A DNA stretch of 64,000 bases from assembly GCA_963845095.1 (NCBI GenBank), contig CAWJQM010000019.1, positions 53,316 to 117,315 of the forward strand, written 5' to 3'. The notes under the pieces were generated by a model. That model was not told where the DNA came from and ran no database searches. It saw nothing but the letters and a program-made list of their open reading frames with translations. The stretch comes from an uncultured delta proteobacterium (GTDB taxonomy: Bacteria; Desulfobacterota; Syntrophia; Syntrophales; Smithellaceae). Shown here in pieces: positions 1 through 10,433 of the stretch (the stretch's first letter is position 1; the number at the start of each line of letters is the position of its first letter). Position numbers and translations under genes: made by a program.

Positions 1-760
1 CAACAATGTATTCAAAAGTTGGAATTGTTTCTTTATCGATCGTGATTCCGAAAAAACCGTGCGCGGAAGTATTAAGCCTTATACCTACTTTATTAAAGCC
101 GATAGCCCGGCCCACGGCATCTAGTGTTTCAAAGAAAAACCGCGCTTTGTTTTCATGGCTGCCGCCGTATTCATCCTTTCTGATATTCGAAGAGTTGGCA
201 AAGAACTGATGAAACAGATAGCCGTTGGCGGAATGAATTTCCACGCCGTCAAAACCGGCCGTAATCGCGTTTTGGGCGGCTTTTCGGAAATCATCTGTTG
301 TTGCGTGAATTTCATCGATCGTGAGGGCACGCGGTGTTACTGTATCTTTAAATCCTTCCGCGGTAAAAGATTTATCCTGTGGATTGATCGCCGAAGGAGC
401 TACCGGAGCAAGGCCACCGTGAAAATCAGGATGCGATATGCGGCCGCAGTGCCAAAGCTGACAGAATATATGTCCGCCTTTGCCATGAACGGCTTTTGTA
501 GCCAGTGTCCAGCCCTCAATCTGAGCAGCAGAATAAATGCCAGGGGTGTTTATATAGCCGACTGCCTGTGAGGAAACCGGCGAACCTTCCGAAATGAGAA
601 GGCCGGCCGAGGCACGCTGCATATAGTATTCGGCTATCAGCGGCGTCGCCTTATTTTCCGGATTATTGGCGCGGCTGCGGGTCATAGGGGCCATAAATAC
701 ACGATTGGGCAGTTCATATTTTCCCACCTTGACAGGCTTTAAGAGGGCATCATTTTTCAT
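1..760 (-). CDS. Old Yellow Enzyme / NemA-like alkene reductase (runs off the left edge; not in ORF track)
   Basis: Manual translation from ATG 760 (RBS GGAGG 766-770): MKNDALLKPVKVGKYELPNRVFMAPMTRSRA...YYMQRASAGLLISEG...QLWHCGRISH...GFDGVEIHSANGYLFHQF, all OYE motifs. Confidence 0.92.
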   Translation of the reverse strand, partial: MKNDALLKPVKVGKYELPNRVFMAPMTRSRANNPENKATPLIAEYYMQRASAGLLISEGSPVSSQAVGYINTPGIYSAAQIEGWTLATKAVHGKGGHIFCQLWHCGRISHPDFHGGLAPVAPSAINPQDKSFTAEGFKDTVTPRALTIDEIHATTDDFRKAAQNAITAGFDGVEIHSANGYLFHQFFANSSNIRKDEYGGSHENKARFFFETLDAVGRAIGFNKVGIRLNTSAHGFFGITIDKETIPTFEYIV

Positions 761-816
761 ACATACCTCCATCGTTGAAGTATTGTCTGAAGCTCAACCT
801 GATTTCAATATCTCAG

Positions 817-1053
817 CTAATTTGGTTGGAACATCGTATTTACGCTGGCTGGTTTACTGCCATCCCCGCGGAAGCGGAAAAAGTCACAGAAATTAGAGCG
901 GTTTTTATCCAGCATCCTTTCGGGCTGTGTCCCTCGGCAGTTATTGTAAATTCCGGAATCTTAATAAGTACAGTTAAGGCAGCAATGCAGGTAGGCCCGG
1001 CAATAAGTGCATTGCTCCTGCCGGCCGATGAATTTTACCAGGTTAATTTCTTT
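817..1053 (-). pseudogene. Remnant of a small Cys-rich conserved hypothetical protein
   Basis: Frame reads KEINLVKFIGRQEQCTYCRAYLHCCLNCTY*DSGIYNNCRGTQPERMLDKNRSNFCDFF; in-frame TAA at 961-963; no clear start codon. Confidence 0.6.
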
Positions 1054-1084
1054 TGCTCAGTCCTGAAAATTCTAAGGGCAGCAA

Positions 1085-1735
1085 TTAAATAGAACCGTCC
1101 CCAATATTCCTTTTAATCAGCCCGCCCACGAGTTGTATGGCATCAAAGGCATTGGACGCATAGCCGTTTGCGCCGATTTTATCGGCGAATGCCTTTGTAA
1201 TCGGCGCGCCTCCGATAATTATCTTTGCTGTAGGATCGACTCCGCGGACCTCTTTAATAACCTGCTCCATGCAGAGAGCAGTTGAACTTAACAGCGCCGA
1301 CATGCCCAATATATTTGGCTTGTCTTTGATGTAAGCCTGAACGAAACCCTGCGCTTTTATATTTTCACCGATATCCATTACCTCGTACCCGGCGCTTTCC
1401 AGGCATATCCTGACGAGGTTCTTGCCAATGGTATGGATATCCCCCTCCACCGTGCCGAGAATTATCCGGCCTTTGTTCCTGACGGCTCCGCCGAAGCGTG
1501 TCTTAAGTACTTCGATACCGGCATTCATGGCTTCCGCGGCGCAGAGCAGCTCGGGTATGAAAGCTTCGTTCTTGGAGAACTGCTCGCCTATCTCCTGCAT
1601 CGCGGGCATCATCGCCTCTTCGAGTATGGACTTTGACGTCAGATTTTGAGCCAGGGCCTCATTGATCAGCTCTTTTACAGCTTCCTCATCACCATCTTTT
1701 ACAACCTTTTTGATCTTATCGAATAATTCATTCAT
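1085..1735 (-). CDS. Corrinoid (B12-binding) protein, MtaC/MttC type
   Basis: N-terminal cap domain (FIPELL) and DxHxxG motif EGDIHTIGKNLV, GMSALL, IIGGAP. Confidence 0.93.
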   Translation of the reverse strand: MNELFDKIKKVVKDGDEEAVKELINEALAQNLTSKSILEEAMMPAMQEIGEQFSKNEAFIPELLCAAEAMNAGIEVLKTRFGGAVRNKGRIILGTVEGDIHTIGKNLVRICLESAGYEVMDIGENIKAQGFVQAYIKDKPNILGMSALLSSTALCMEQVIKEVRGVDPTAKIIIGGAPITKAFADKIGANGYASNAFDAIQLVGGLIKRNIGDGSI

Positions 1736-1747
1736 AATCCCGCCTGT

Positions 1748-2848
1748 TCAGCCGCTGATTTGAAGCGGATATTTACCATATTTTCTGGCCGCCCTGACCA
1801 TGGCCACGTAATTTTCCCCTTTGCAGCCCGGGTGAATTGAATTAGACGAGCTGATGATATAGCCGCCGCCGGGTGCGGCGATGGCTATAGTTTCCTTTAC
1901 CGTCTTTTCGATGTCTTCCTCACTTCCGAAAGGCGGGACTGCGCAGTCGATATTGCCGATAAGGCAAATCCGTTTGCCATATTTGGCCTTGACCTCGGCG
2001 ATGTTCATGCATTGCGGCTGAATCGGATGCAATCCGTCGAAACCAGCTTCCACCATGCCTTCCATTATCGGCCACATATTACCGTCCGAGTGTTTAATAA
2101 TTTTCATTCCCCTTTTGTGCACAAGCGCCGTTATCTCTTTATGATAAGGAAGCACAAGATCTTCATATTGAGCCGGGGACATCAAAGTCGACTGGTTGAA
2201 TGCGAGATCGCTGCCGAGAGCGATAATATCGGCCCCCAGGTCGGCAGATTTATCGATCACTTCGAGTATATAATCGGTCACGATACGGGCAAGGTCTTTA
2301 ACGAAATCAGGTTTTTTCTTGAAATAATAAAGCAGTTTCTCTATGCTGCCGAGCATCGCCCAGCTTTCGCGGAAGGGGCCGATCACGTATACGACGTGTG
2401 CCAGGTCCTTGCCGAGCCGGTCTATGGATACCATCAGCATAAGGAATTCGGTTTCCCGGGGGTGAAACAGCTTCAGGTTTTTAAGGTCGTCCGGTCCCGA
2501 AACCGGTCCCTTGACGGGGACAGCCTCACCTTCCTTATCCAAGTAATAAATTCTGCCCCAGTTATCTTTTACATGGCTATCATCGACCAGTTGGCTTTCC
2601 CAGAGGTAATGAGATGTCAGTCCGTCGAGCTCCAATTCACGCGTAATCATGTAGAGAACTTCGAGCACACGGAGATTTTCTTCCAGGTTCATGCGATGCA
2701 CCGATTTGACCGGAGGAACCTGATCGGTAAATACCCGTCCGATTTTAATAATTGACTCTTCGTTATAAGCCGTCTCCCAGACCGGCACCCTATCCGGTTC
2801 TCCTAAAGACAACGCCGTTATCATTCTCTCTTTACCCGTCATATTCAT
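1748..2848 (-). CDS. Uroporphyrinogen decarboxylase superfamily protein (MtaA/CmuA-like methyltransferase)
   Basis: GKERM..AL..GEPDRVPV start, HSDG, GNID, GGGYIISSSNSI; adjacent to the corrinoid gene. Confidence 0.85.
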   Translation of the reverse strand: MNMTGKERMITALSLGEPDRVPVWETAYNEESIIKIGRVFTDQVPPVKSVHRMNLEENLRVLEVLYMITRELELDGLTSHYLWESQLVDDSHVKDNWGRIYYLDKEGEAVPVKGPVSGPDDLKNLKLFHPRETEFLMLMVSIDRLGKDLAHVVYVIGPFRESWAMLGSIEKLLYYFKKKPDFVKDLARIVTDYILEVIDKSADLGADIIALGSDLAFNQSTLMSPAQYEDLVLPYHKEITALVHKRGMKIIKHSDGNMWPIMEGMVEAGFDGLHPIQPQCMNIAEVKAKYGKRICLIGNIDCAVPPFGSEEDIEKTVKETIAIAAPGGGYIISSSNSIHPGCKGENYVAMVRAARKYGKYPLQISG

Positions 2849-2917
2849 AAGCCACTTCGATTTGATGTATTTTTAGTTTCCAATTATTTTAATGCATATG
2901 AAACTGTTCTGCGCAGC

Positions 2918-4206
2918 TTAAAAAACAAGCTCCAATTTTTCCACGCTTGCGACATCTTTCTTGTAGAAAAATGATCCTGTGAAGAAGAGAATCCCTGCCA
3001 GCAGGAGGGTTGCAGGAAGAAACAAAAGCGCTTTATCCAGGCCGTACACATCGGAAAAAGCTCCCACTACGAGCGGTCCCAGCGCACTGCCGAGAAGATG
3101 TTGAAAGATTATATTAATACTCAGGGATGTTGACCTGAGGCCGGGATGCACGACATCCTGGGTTACGGCTATTGCGCCCGGTGAAAACATGATGATAAAC
3201 AACCCCATTCCGAGGAGAAAACCAAATTGAATGCTGCCGTGGAATAAAAATGCCATAAACAGCATTAATGCCGTTATTGTGCAGGTGAGGGCAGGGAAAA
3301 CCATGCGGGGCGTTTGACCTTTTTTTATAAAACTGGTCAGTGAGGAAGCCGCCTAGGGGGCCGCCCACGATGGCCATGACCATAACAGCGCTGGCCATCA
3401 ATCCCGAGCGTTCAATGGCCATTCCTTCAAATCTCTGGAAATAGGCAGGCAGCCAGGTGGTCAGAGCTACGATGGTAAAGGTACAGGAGGCGAATGCCAG
3501 GTTATTGATAATAAGTGATTTGCTACGCACTAGTTCCTTAATAATTTCACGCTTGCTCATCCTGGCTTTGGCTATGCCCCCTTCGCTGGGCACGGATTTC
3601 ACCAAGTCGACCGTCTTATAATCCTTTACCCAGAAAAACAGGATGGCAAAGATTAACCCGGGTAAGGCCACAATGCCTAGCGCATTCCTCCATCCCAGAT
3701 GGACGGCGATAGAGCCCGCCTAAGACTATTCCGAAAGCCTGGCCGAGCGGGATGGCGGAATACCAGAATCCTATCACCCTAGCACGCTTTTCCGGCTTGA
3801 AAATAGCCGAGAGGAGGGCTGTACCACCCGCCGAATATCCTGCTTCGCCGACTCCGACCATGCACCGGGTGGTAAACAGTTGTGCGAAATCCCTGGTAAA
3901 AGCACCGGCAAAGGTAGCCAAACTCCAGATGATAGCCATAAGGCCGATGGCTTTCTTCCTGCTCCAACGGTCGATAAGTGCCCCGAAAGGCAGAGTTAAA
4001 ACGAGGATAGACCAAAAGACGGCGGACACCATCATGCCGCATTGAGCATCAGTTAATCCCCAATCGCTTTTCAGGAAAGGGAACAGGGCAACGATGACAA
4101 ACCTGTCGATATAGTCGAACATGAGCAGGAGATAGAGGAGAATGGTGGTATAGTAAGTGTTCCATTTAGAGTAAGCGGGCTTCTCTGCCGTCATTTCTTC
4201 CTTCAC
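2918..4206 (-). CDS. MFS transporter (spinster-like), split by two frameshifts
   Basis: Three overlapping hydrophobic ORFs (3616-4206, 3114-3671, 2918-3304) with DYIDR, GALIDRWSRK and GVGEAG motifs. Confidence 0.85.
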
Positions 4207-4274
4207 GTTAGCCCCTTAAACCGCACAATCTCCGGAAACAGGAGTTCGATAAGACCTTGCTTTCATTGGAAGTG

Positions 4275-4347
4275 AGTATAGGGAAGCCGCGCTTTTGTGT
4301 CAAGGAAATCTTGAACAGGTGAAATCTTGAACAAGAAATAATGTTCA
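4275..4347 (-). promoter_or_regulatory. Sigma70 promoter of the MFS-methyltransferase operon with upstream operator boxes
   Basis: TTGACA (4303-4298)-17 nt-TATACT (4280-4275); GAAATCTTGAACA repeated at 4305 and 4321; TGAACA-N8-TGTTCA at 4328-4347. Confidence 0.7.
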
Positions 4348-4855
4348 TCGAAAAACGGGGGAAGGTGCTGCGGTTGGGCGGGAAAAGAGAATGGCGGCAG
4401 TTCTTATTGAGCAGCTGGTTCATCTTTGGGACGGGTCGTCCGTCAGGTAAGCATTTTGAAGCGCCATTCAGGCAGAACTTTCCGACACGCCTTTGTTTAC
4501 GATTCGCCATACCATTGATACCAGAATGCATCCAGGGTCACACTAGAGGAGATTTTCATTCATTTCCGATTGTGACAATGCATATCTGAAAAAATTACCG
4601 GATGCTTGACGTCAGGAAGAAATTCTTGCAGGTGCTCAGGTTTTTGTGAGCCATTTATGGCAGAGATTATATCCAACCTTAAAGAGCGGCTAAATCCGGT
4701 GGCTATAGGTACAGACATTAATAAGATTATGGGCGATTTTGGTTTATAGTCAACAATGTTATAAGGGAAAGGAAAGGGCGAAGGAAAAGAACTGCACATC
4801 AGATAAAAGCATGATATAATTAAAAGAAAAAATTCAAGCGAAACGGAGAATCTCA

Positions 4856-7258
4856 ATGTCAGGTAAAATAAAAAAGGTCAGTCTGATAGTTTTGGCGATA
4901 TTTGTTTTTATAATCACAACCGGCCTGCTGGCATTTTATATATTCTTCCGGTTGTCGGTTCCGGATTACCAGGGAACAATTAAAATTGCCGGACTTATTA
5001 ATGAAGTAGAGGTTAGAACCGACGAACACGGGATTCCCCACATCTTTGCGAAAAATAACGAAGATCTTTTTTTTGCTCAGGGATACATAACTGCCAGGGA
5101 AAGGATGTTTCAAATGGATTTAACGCGTCTGGCAGGAAGGGGTGAACTTTCCACTCTGTTCGGTGATAAAACAATTAAAACCGATAAATATTTTAAAACT
5201 CTCGGCTTTTACAGGGCCGCTCAGGATGAATATAAAAATCTTTCTGCCGAGACAAAGCTTGCCGTTGACTCCTATGCCCGGGGTGTAAATACATACCTTT
5301 CGACTGCCCGACATCTTCCGCGTGAGTACATTATACTCGGATCAAAACCCCGGCCCTGGGAACCGGCTGACAGCGTTGTCGGAGCGCTGCTTATGTCTTA
5401 CCGGCTTAACGCTCCGCGAGGAATAAAACCTCTTTTGCAGCAGATAAATGTTAACGCCGGGCCGGAGATTTTGCAAAAACTTCTTCCCTGGGTGCCTAAT
5501 GGTGCTCCAATGATTTCCGAAACAAAAGATATTCCGGCGTTCTCTATGGATTTCCATCCGGGAAAAAGCGTCTTAAAAAAAATGCCGTTTCTACAGTTGA
5601 GGATTTTTATAGCCCAATCCCGCTTCGAATGAGGGCAAGCAACTGGATGATTTTTTCGGGATCGCGCACTACTACCGGTAGACCCGTCTTTACCGGAAGC
5701 CCTGATCTGGAGGCGGCGATACCGTCTTTATTTTATTTGATCCATCTGAAAAATCGAAACTTATGATGTTATCGGAGGGTCAATCGCCGGACTTCCTGGA
5801 GTTCACGCCGTGGGGTTCAACGGCAGAATCGCCTGGAGTATAACTGTCGGCAACGGCGATAACACGGATTTTTTTATTGAAAAAATCAATCCGCAAAATC
5901 CCGATCTGTATCTCACGGAAAATGGGTACAGAAAATTTACTGTAATAAATGATACTGTAAAAATAAAATCAGGGGGAAAAACAATTGAAGAAAAAATTAA
6001 AATTAAAATTTCCCGGCATGGACCAGTGATATCAGATGTTATGGCGGGGATGCCGGAAAATTGCACCATGCTTTGGCCCGGACTTATGGGAAATGACGGA
6101 ACCCTGGAAGGCCTGCTTAGCCTGAACAGAGCTAAAAATTTCCGGGAATTCCGCAAATCTCTCGGAATGGTCAGAGGAGCGAGTGTTCATGTCGGGTATG
6201 CGGATATCGAAGGAAACATCGGATACCAGTATATAACGACATTCCCTGTCAGAAAATCTGGTGAAAATCCTGTTCCGGTTCCCGGAGAATCCGGAAAGCA
6301 CGACTGGACAGGATTTATCCCGTATGAAAAACATCCTTATGCTTATAATCCCCCAAAAGGATATCTTGCGTCTTTCAACCAGATGCCGATGCTGGCAAAT
6401 TATTATGGGACAGCTTATTTCCTGTTTGAACGGCCATACAGATTTGAAGTGATGGCCCAGGCCAAAGATAAATTCAGCGTTAAAGAAATTGCCGACATGC
6501 AGAATGATACGGGATCGCATACCGCCAAAAGATTCATTCCGTTAATAGCAAAAGCGTGTTCTCAAGACAATTCTTTGCAGCCGTATATTAGCATGCTGGA
6601 AAAATGGGACCGGTTTATTCGTGTCGAAAGCCCTGAAGCGACGCTTTTCAATTCATTTATAAATCATTTAATCGAGAATACCTTCGCCGACCAGCTAGGG
6701 GGAAAAATGGTCGCAGAATTTAATAAGGATTTTCATGTTTCTATTCCTCTGCAATGGTTGATTCGTTATTCCAGTGATCAGCAAAACTTATTCTGGGACG
6801 ATATAAGAACCGCGAAAAAGGAAACCATGGATGACATGATTCAGAAAAGTTTGCAGGATGCAGTAGCTGAACTTCGAGGGAAATACGGTGATGACTTGAA
6901 AAAGTGGGCATGGGGACGGGTTCATCAGTCGATGATCAGACATCCTCTCGGCAGCGTGCTGCCTTTTCTTAACCTGGGGCCATATCCCTATGCCGGCGAT
7001 GATTTTACAATACACGCCGGATGGTGGAATCGGGAAAATCCTTATGAAATGATCAGCGGAGCGGCAATCAGGATTGTGGTCGATATGGCCGACCTTTCCA
7101 CCATGACACTTATGAGTCCTCCCGGGCAGTCCGGGCATTTCCTGAGCCCTTATTATAGCGACCTTGCCCAAACCTGGTCTAAGGGAGGGCAGGTGCCGGC
7201 TAATTATACATCAGCAATGACATTAAAGAATGTTTTAAAACTGGAGCCGGCAAAATAA
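4856..7258 (+). CDS. Penicillin acylase family (S45) Ntn hydrolase, frameshifted
   Basis: N-terminal TM anchor, DEHGIPHIFA, AQGYITARERMFQMD; beta-chain start ASNWMIFSGSRT in a bridging frame near 5635; C-terminal PPGQSGH. Confidence 0.9.
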
Positions 7259-7482
7259 TAATTTATCGCAAAATGTTACAAGCGAACCAAAAGCCTTTAT
7301 TATGCTGCCAATTGAGATGGAAATGATGTGTGTATTCGAGGAAGCTATTAATTGTTATCGTCTTAACAGCTATTGTCCAGAATACTTCGTCTTAATCTGA
7401 AGAAGAAATTTGCATGGAAGGTGCGGCATTTTTTTGATACGTTCACCTCTCAATTTCCCAACATCCATTCAGGAGAAAATGC

Positions 7483-8514
7483 ATGCAACAGATAAAAAAA
7501 TATGCTTGTTTATTTATTGTTTTACTTTTTACCTTTACGGCCGTCACAGGCGCGGCTGATGAAAACGTGAAATTGCCGGATGGGCTTTATGCAAAACTCG
7601 TGACGTCCAAGGGTGATATCCTCCTCTCGTTGGAATTTGAAAAAACTCCCCTTACGGTGGCCAACTTTGTCGGTCTGGCCGAGGGCACAAAAGAATCAAA
7701 CCGCGGCCAGAATGCTCGCTTTTATGATGGCCTGACTTTCCATCGTGTCCTTCCCCATTTCATGATTCAAGGGGGTGATCCGCAAGGAAACGGGAGCGGC
7801 GGGCCCGGCTATAGATTCCCCGATGAATTTGATGACACCCTTACCCATGATGGCCCCGGCGTGTTATCCATGGCCAATGCCGGCCCGGATACCAACGGGA
7901 GCCAATTTTTTATTACGCATACAAAAACCCCCTGGCTGGATGGAAAACATACGGTCTTTGGACGCACTGTCGAAGGTCAGAATGTTGTTAATGCCATTGG
8001 GGCAGGCGATATAATAAAAACGATAGAAATCATCCGCATCGGCGATAAGGCCAAGGCCTTCAAGGCCGATCAAGCTTCTTTTGACGCAATGCTTGCCCGG
8101 CTTTTACAAGACAAGGCACAAGGGAGGAAAAAAATAAATTCCCGTGATCTGGCCCTGATCAAAGAAAAATATCCCCGGGCCATTAGTCTTCCTTCCGGTC
8201 TGATGTATGTTGTTCTGGCGGAAGGTGTGGGCGACAAAACACCGCAGCGGGGAACAACCGTCAGCATTTATTATTTGGGCCGATTGCTCAATGGAACAAA
8301 ATTTGACAGCTCCGTGGATCGTGGCAAACCCTTGCAGTTTCCTGTCGGGGTCGGCCGGGTGATCAAGGGCTGGGATGAGGCATTTCTATCCATGAAAAAG
8401 GGAGAAAAACGCATCCTCATCATCCCCCCGCATCTGGGTTATGGCGATATGCGCATCGGGCCGATTCCACCCAACTCGATACTGGTTTTTGAAGTCGAAT
8501 TGCTTGATTTCTGA
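7483..8514 (+). CDS. Secreted cyclophilin-FKBP dual-domain PPIase
   Basis: Signal peptide; cyclophilin FHRV..FMIQGGD and WLDGKHTVFG; FKBP FDSS..RG..VIKGWDE..GYG..IPPNSILVFEVELL. Confidence 0.93.
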   Translation: MQQIKKYACLFIVLLFTFTAVTGAADENVKLPDGLYAKLVTSKGDILLSLEFEKTPLTVANFVGLAEGTKESNRGQNARFYDGLTFHRVLPHFMIQGGDPQGNGSGGPGYRFPDEFDDTLTHDGPGVLSMANAGPDTNGSQFFITHTKTPWLDGKHTVFGRTVEGQNVVNAIGAGDIIKTIEIIRIGDKAKAFKADQASFDAMLARLLQDKAQGRKKINSRDLALIKEKYPRAISLPSGLMYVVLAEGVGDKTPQRGTTVSIYYLGRLLNGTKFDSSVDRGKPLQFPVGVGRVIKGWDEAFLSMKKGEKRILIIPPHLGYGDMRIGPIPPNSILVFEVELLDF

Positions 8515-8577
8515 CAGGTGTGATATGAACGGCAGCCAGTGGGCACAAAAATCAGGATAAGTTTTATGTTAAAAAAA

Positions 8578-10164
8578 CTAGCCGGTTTCATTAGATTTTT
8601 TATTTTTTTTACGAAATAGCTTCGGATTAATGTCCAGTTTGGAGATTTTGTACTGAATAATCCGCTTGGTTGTTCCCAGAATTTTTGCCGCTTTCGTCTG
8701 ATTGCCGCCGGTTTCTTCCAGGGCGTCAAGGATCAAGGTTCGCTCCTGTGCTTCCACAACATAAGATAATTTGCCGGGTTCCTTTTTATCTAATTCCTTT
8801 TCCTTAGCCTGCAGGGATGGCGGCAAATGCATGCATTCGATGGTGTCGCCATTAGACATCAGCACTGCGCGCTCAATACAGTTTTCCAGCTCCCGGACAT
8901 TGCCCGGCCATTTATGAGACAAAAACGCTTCGACCGCCGCCGAGGATATTTTCTTAACATTTTTGCCCATTTCCTTACTGTATTTAAGAATGAAATGATC
9001 GGCGAGCAGGATAATATCGCTGCCCCGTTCGCGCAATGCGGGCAGGTAGATGGGAAAAACATTCAGACGGTAAAACAAATCGGCACGAAAACGTTCCGCC
9101 AGAATGTCCTGCTCTAAGTTTCTATTGGTTGCGGCAATAATGCGCACATTTACTTTAATTACCCTCGAGGAGCCCAGCGGTTGGAATTTCTTTTCCTGTA
9201 AAACACGCAGAAGCTTCACCTGGGCTGCCGCCGATAGTTCACCTACTTCATCTAAAAAAATCGTGCCGCCATTGGCTTCTTCGAAACGGCCCCGTCGCTG
9301 CTGTAGAGCTCCGGTAAAGGCGCCTTTTTCATGGCCAAAGAGTTCGCTTTCAATAAGAGTATCCGGAATCGCTGCACAATTTACCTGCACCAGGGGCCCG
9401 CTGCGCCGCGGGCTGTTCAGGTGAATTGCTTGAGCAATCAGCTCTTTGCCGGTACCCGTCTGGCCGGTAATCAACACGGTGGTATTAGAATCGGCCACCT
9501 GAGCGACCAGGCCGAAAACTTCCTGCATCGGTTTGGAATGGCCGATAATATCTATTGACGGCGGGCGGGCGCTGCCGACAATTTTTCGCAGCCGCCTGTT
9601 CTCTTCCTCCAGTGCTCTTATATGCACGGCTTTGGCCATCAACTCGGCCACGGAGGACAATATTGCCAGTTCTTTGTCCAGGTCTTCTACCGCCCGGGCA
9701 ACTTTATCAGCGGATAGAACTCCTACGACGCTGTCATCGTAAACAATCGGAACACAAAGAAAAGCGAGCTCGGACCTGTTTAAATGTTTCCTTGCTCCGG
9801 TGCGATCTAAAAAATGCGTGGCCTGACCCAGGTTGGCAATTGCCATTGGGCGACCTGTCTCCGCTACTTTACCGGTTATGCCTTCACCGGGTTTGTAGAT
9901 AACATCCATTCCGTCAATATTTATGTCATGGGCAATATCCAGCCAGACTTCCTTTTTTTCACGATCTAAAAGAGAAATCATGCCGCGCTGCATACCCAGA
10001 TGCGCGCTCATTTCCTGCAGCACCTTTTCCAGCTGATCGCGCAGTTCCTCCGGTTGGGCCAAAATTTTTGCTATTGCATGCAAAACGGCAAGCTCTTCAT
10101 AACTATGGATACTCAATGCTTCGTACCTTTCCTGGTTGGATACTTTTTTCAGTGCCTTCTTCAT
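8578..10164 (-). CDS. NifA-type sigma54 enhancer-binding protein (GAF-AAA+-HTH)
   Basis: GAF domain, [38 protein letters not shown], Fis-type HTH; start set at ATG 10164 rather than 10206. Confidence 0.92.
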   Translation of the reverse strand: MKKALKKVSNQERYEALSIHSYEELAVLHAIAKILAQPEELRDQLEKVLQEMSAHLGMQRGMISLLDREKKEVWLDIAHDINIDGMDVIYKPGEGITGKVAETGRPMAIANLGQATHFLDRTGARKHLNRSELAFLCVPIVYDDSVVGVLSADKVARAVEDLDKELAILSSVAELMAKAVHIRALEEENRRLRKIVGSARPPSIDIIGHSKPMQEVFGLVAQVADSNTTVLITGQTGTGKELIAQAIHLNSPRRSGPLVQVNCAAIPDTLIESELFGHEKGAFTGALQQRRGRFEEANGGTIFLDEVGELSAAAQVKLLRVLQEKKFQPLGSSRVIKVNVRIIAATNRNLEQDILAERFRADLFYRLNVFPIYLPALRERGSDIILLADHFILKYSKEMGKNVKKISSAAVEAFLSHKWPGNVRELENCIERAVLMSNGDTIECMHLPPSLQAKEKELDKKEPGKLSYVVEAQERTLILDALEETGGNQTKAAKILGTTKRIIQYKISKLDINPKLFRKKNKKSNETG

Positions 10165-10302
10165 TGATGAAGCAACCTTTCTCTTAATATAACAAAATTG
10201 TTCCAATTGCTATATAAATTTGCCTATGGCCTTATCTAATGCAATTAATGATCCAAATTTGTAATTATTGTTGTTTTTGGCTATTTGGTGCTCATTATTC
10301 TT

Positions 10303-10331
10303 TTGACATGCATAACTGATTTTCCTATACT
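10303..10331 (+). promoter_or_regulatory. Sigma70 promoter upstream of the DUF819 gene
   Basis: TTGACA-17 nt-TATACT. Confidence 0.65.
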
Positions 10332-10433
10332 CGTTTCCGGGGAAAGCAAGTTCATTACAAATAACTGATTACCGACCCGAATCGCTCAATGCCATTTAGC
10401 GACCATGTGAAGTTCTTTGTTTCTTGAGGTGTT

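Noticed and set aside
4350-4850. Short ORFs in the MFS-acylase intergenic region
   Set aside because: No recognisable motifs, RBS or structure; could be a decayed gene but this cannot be supported
8578-10164. Nitrogen fixation capacity implied by the NifA-like gene
   Set aside because: No nif genes in the window; GAF-AAA-HTH activators have many other targets
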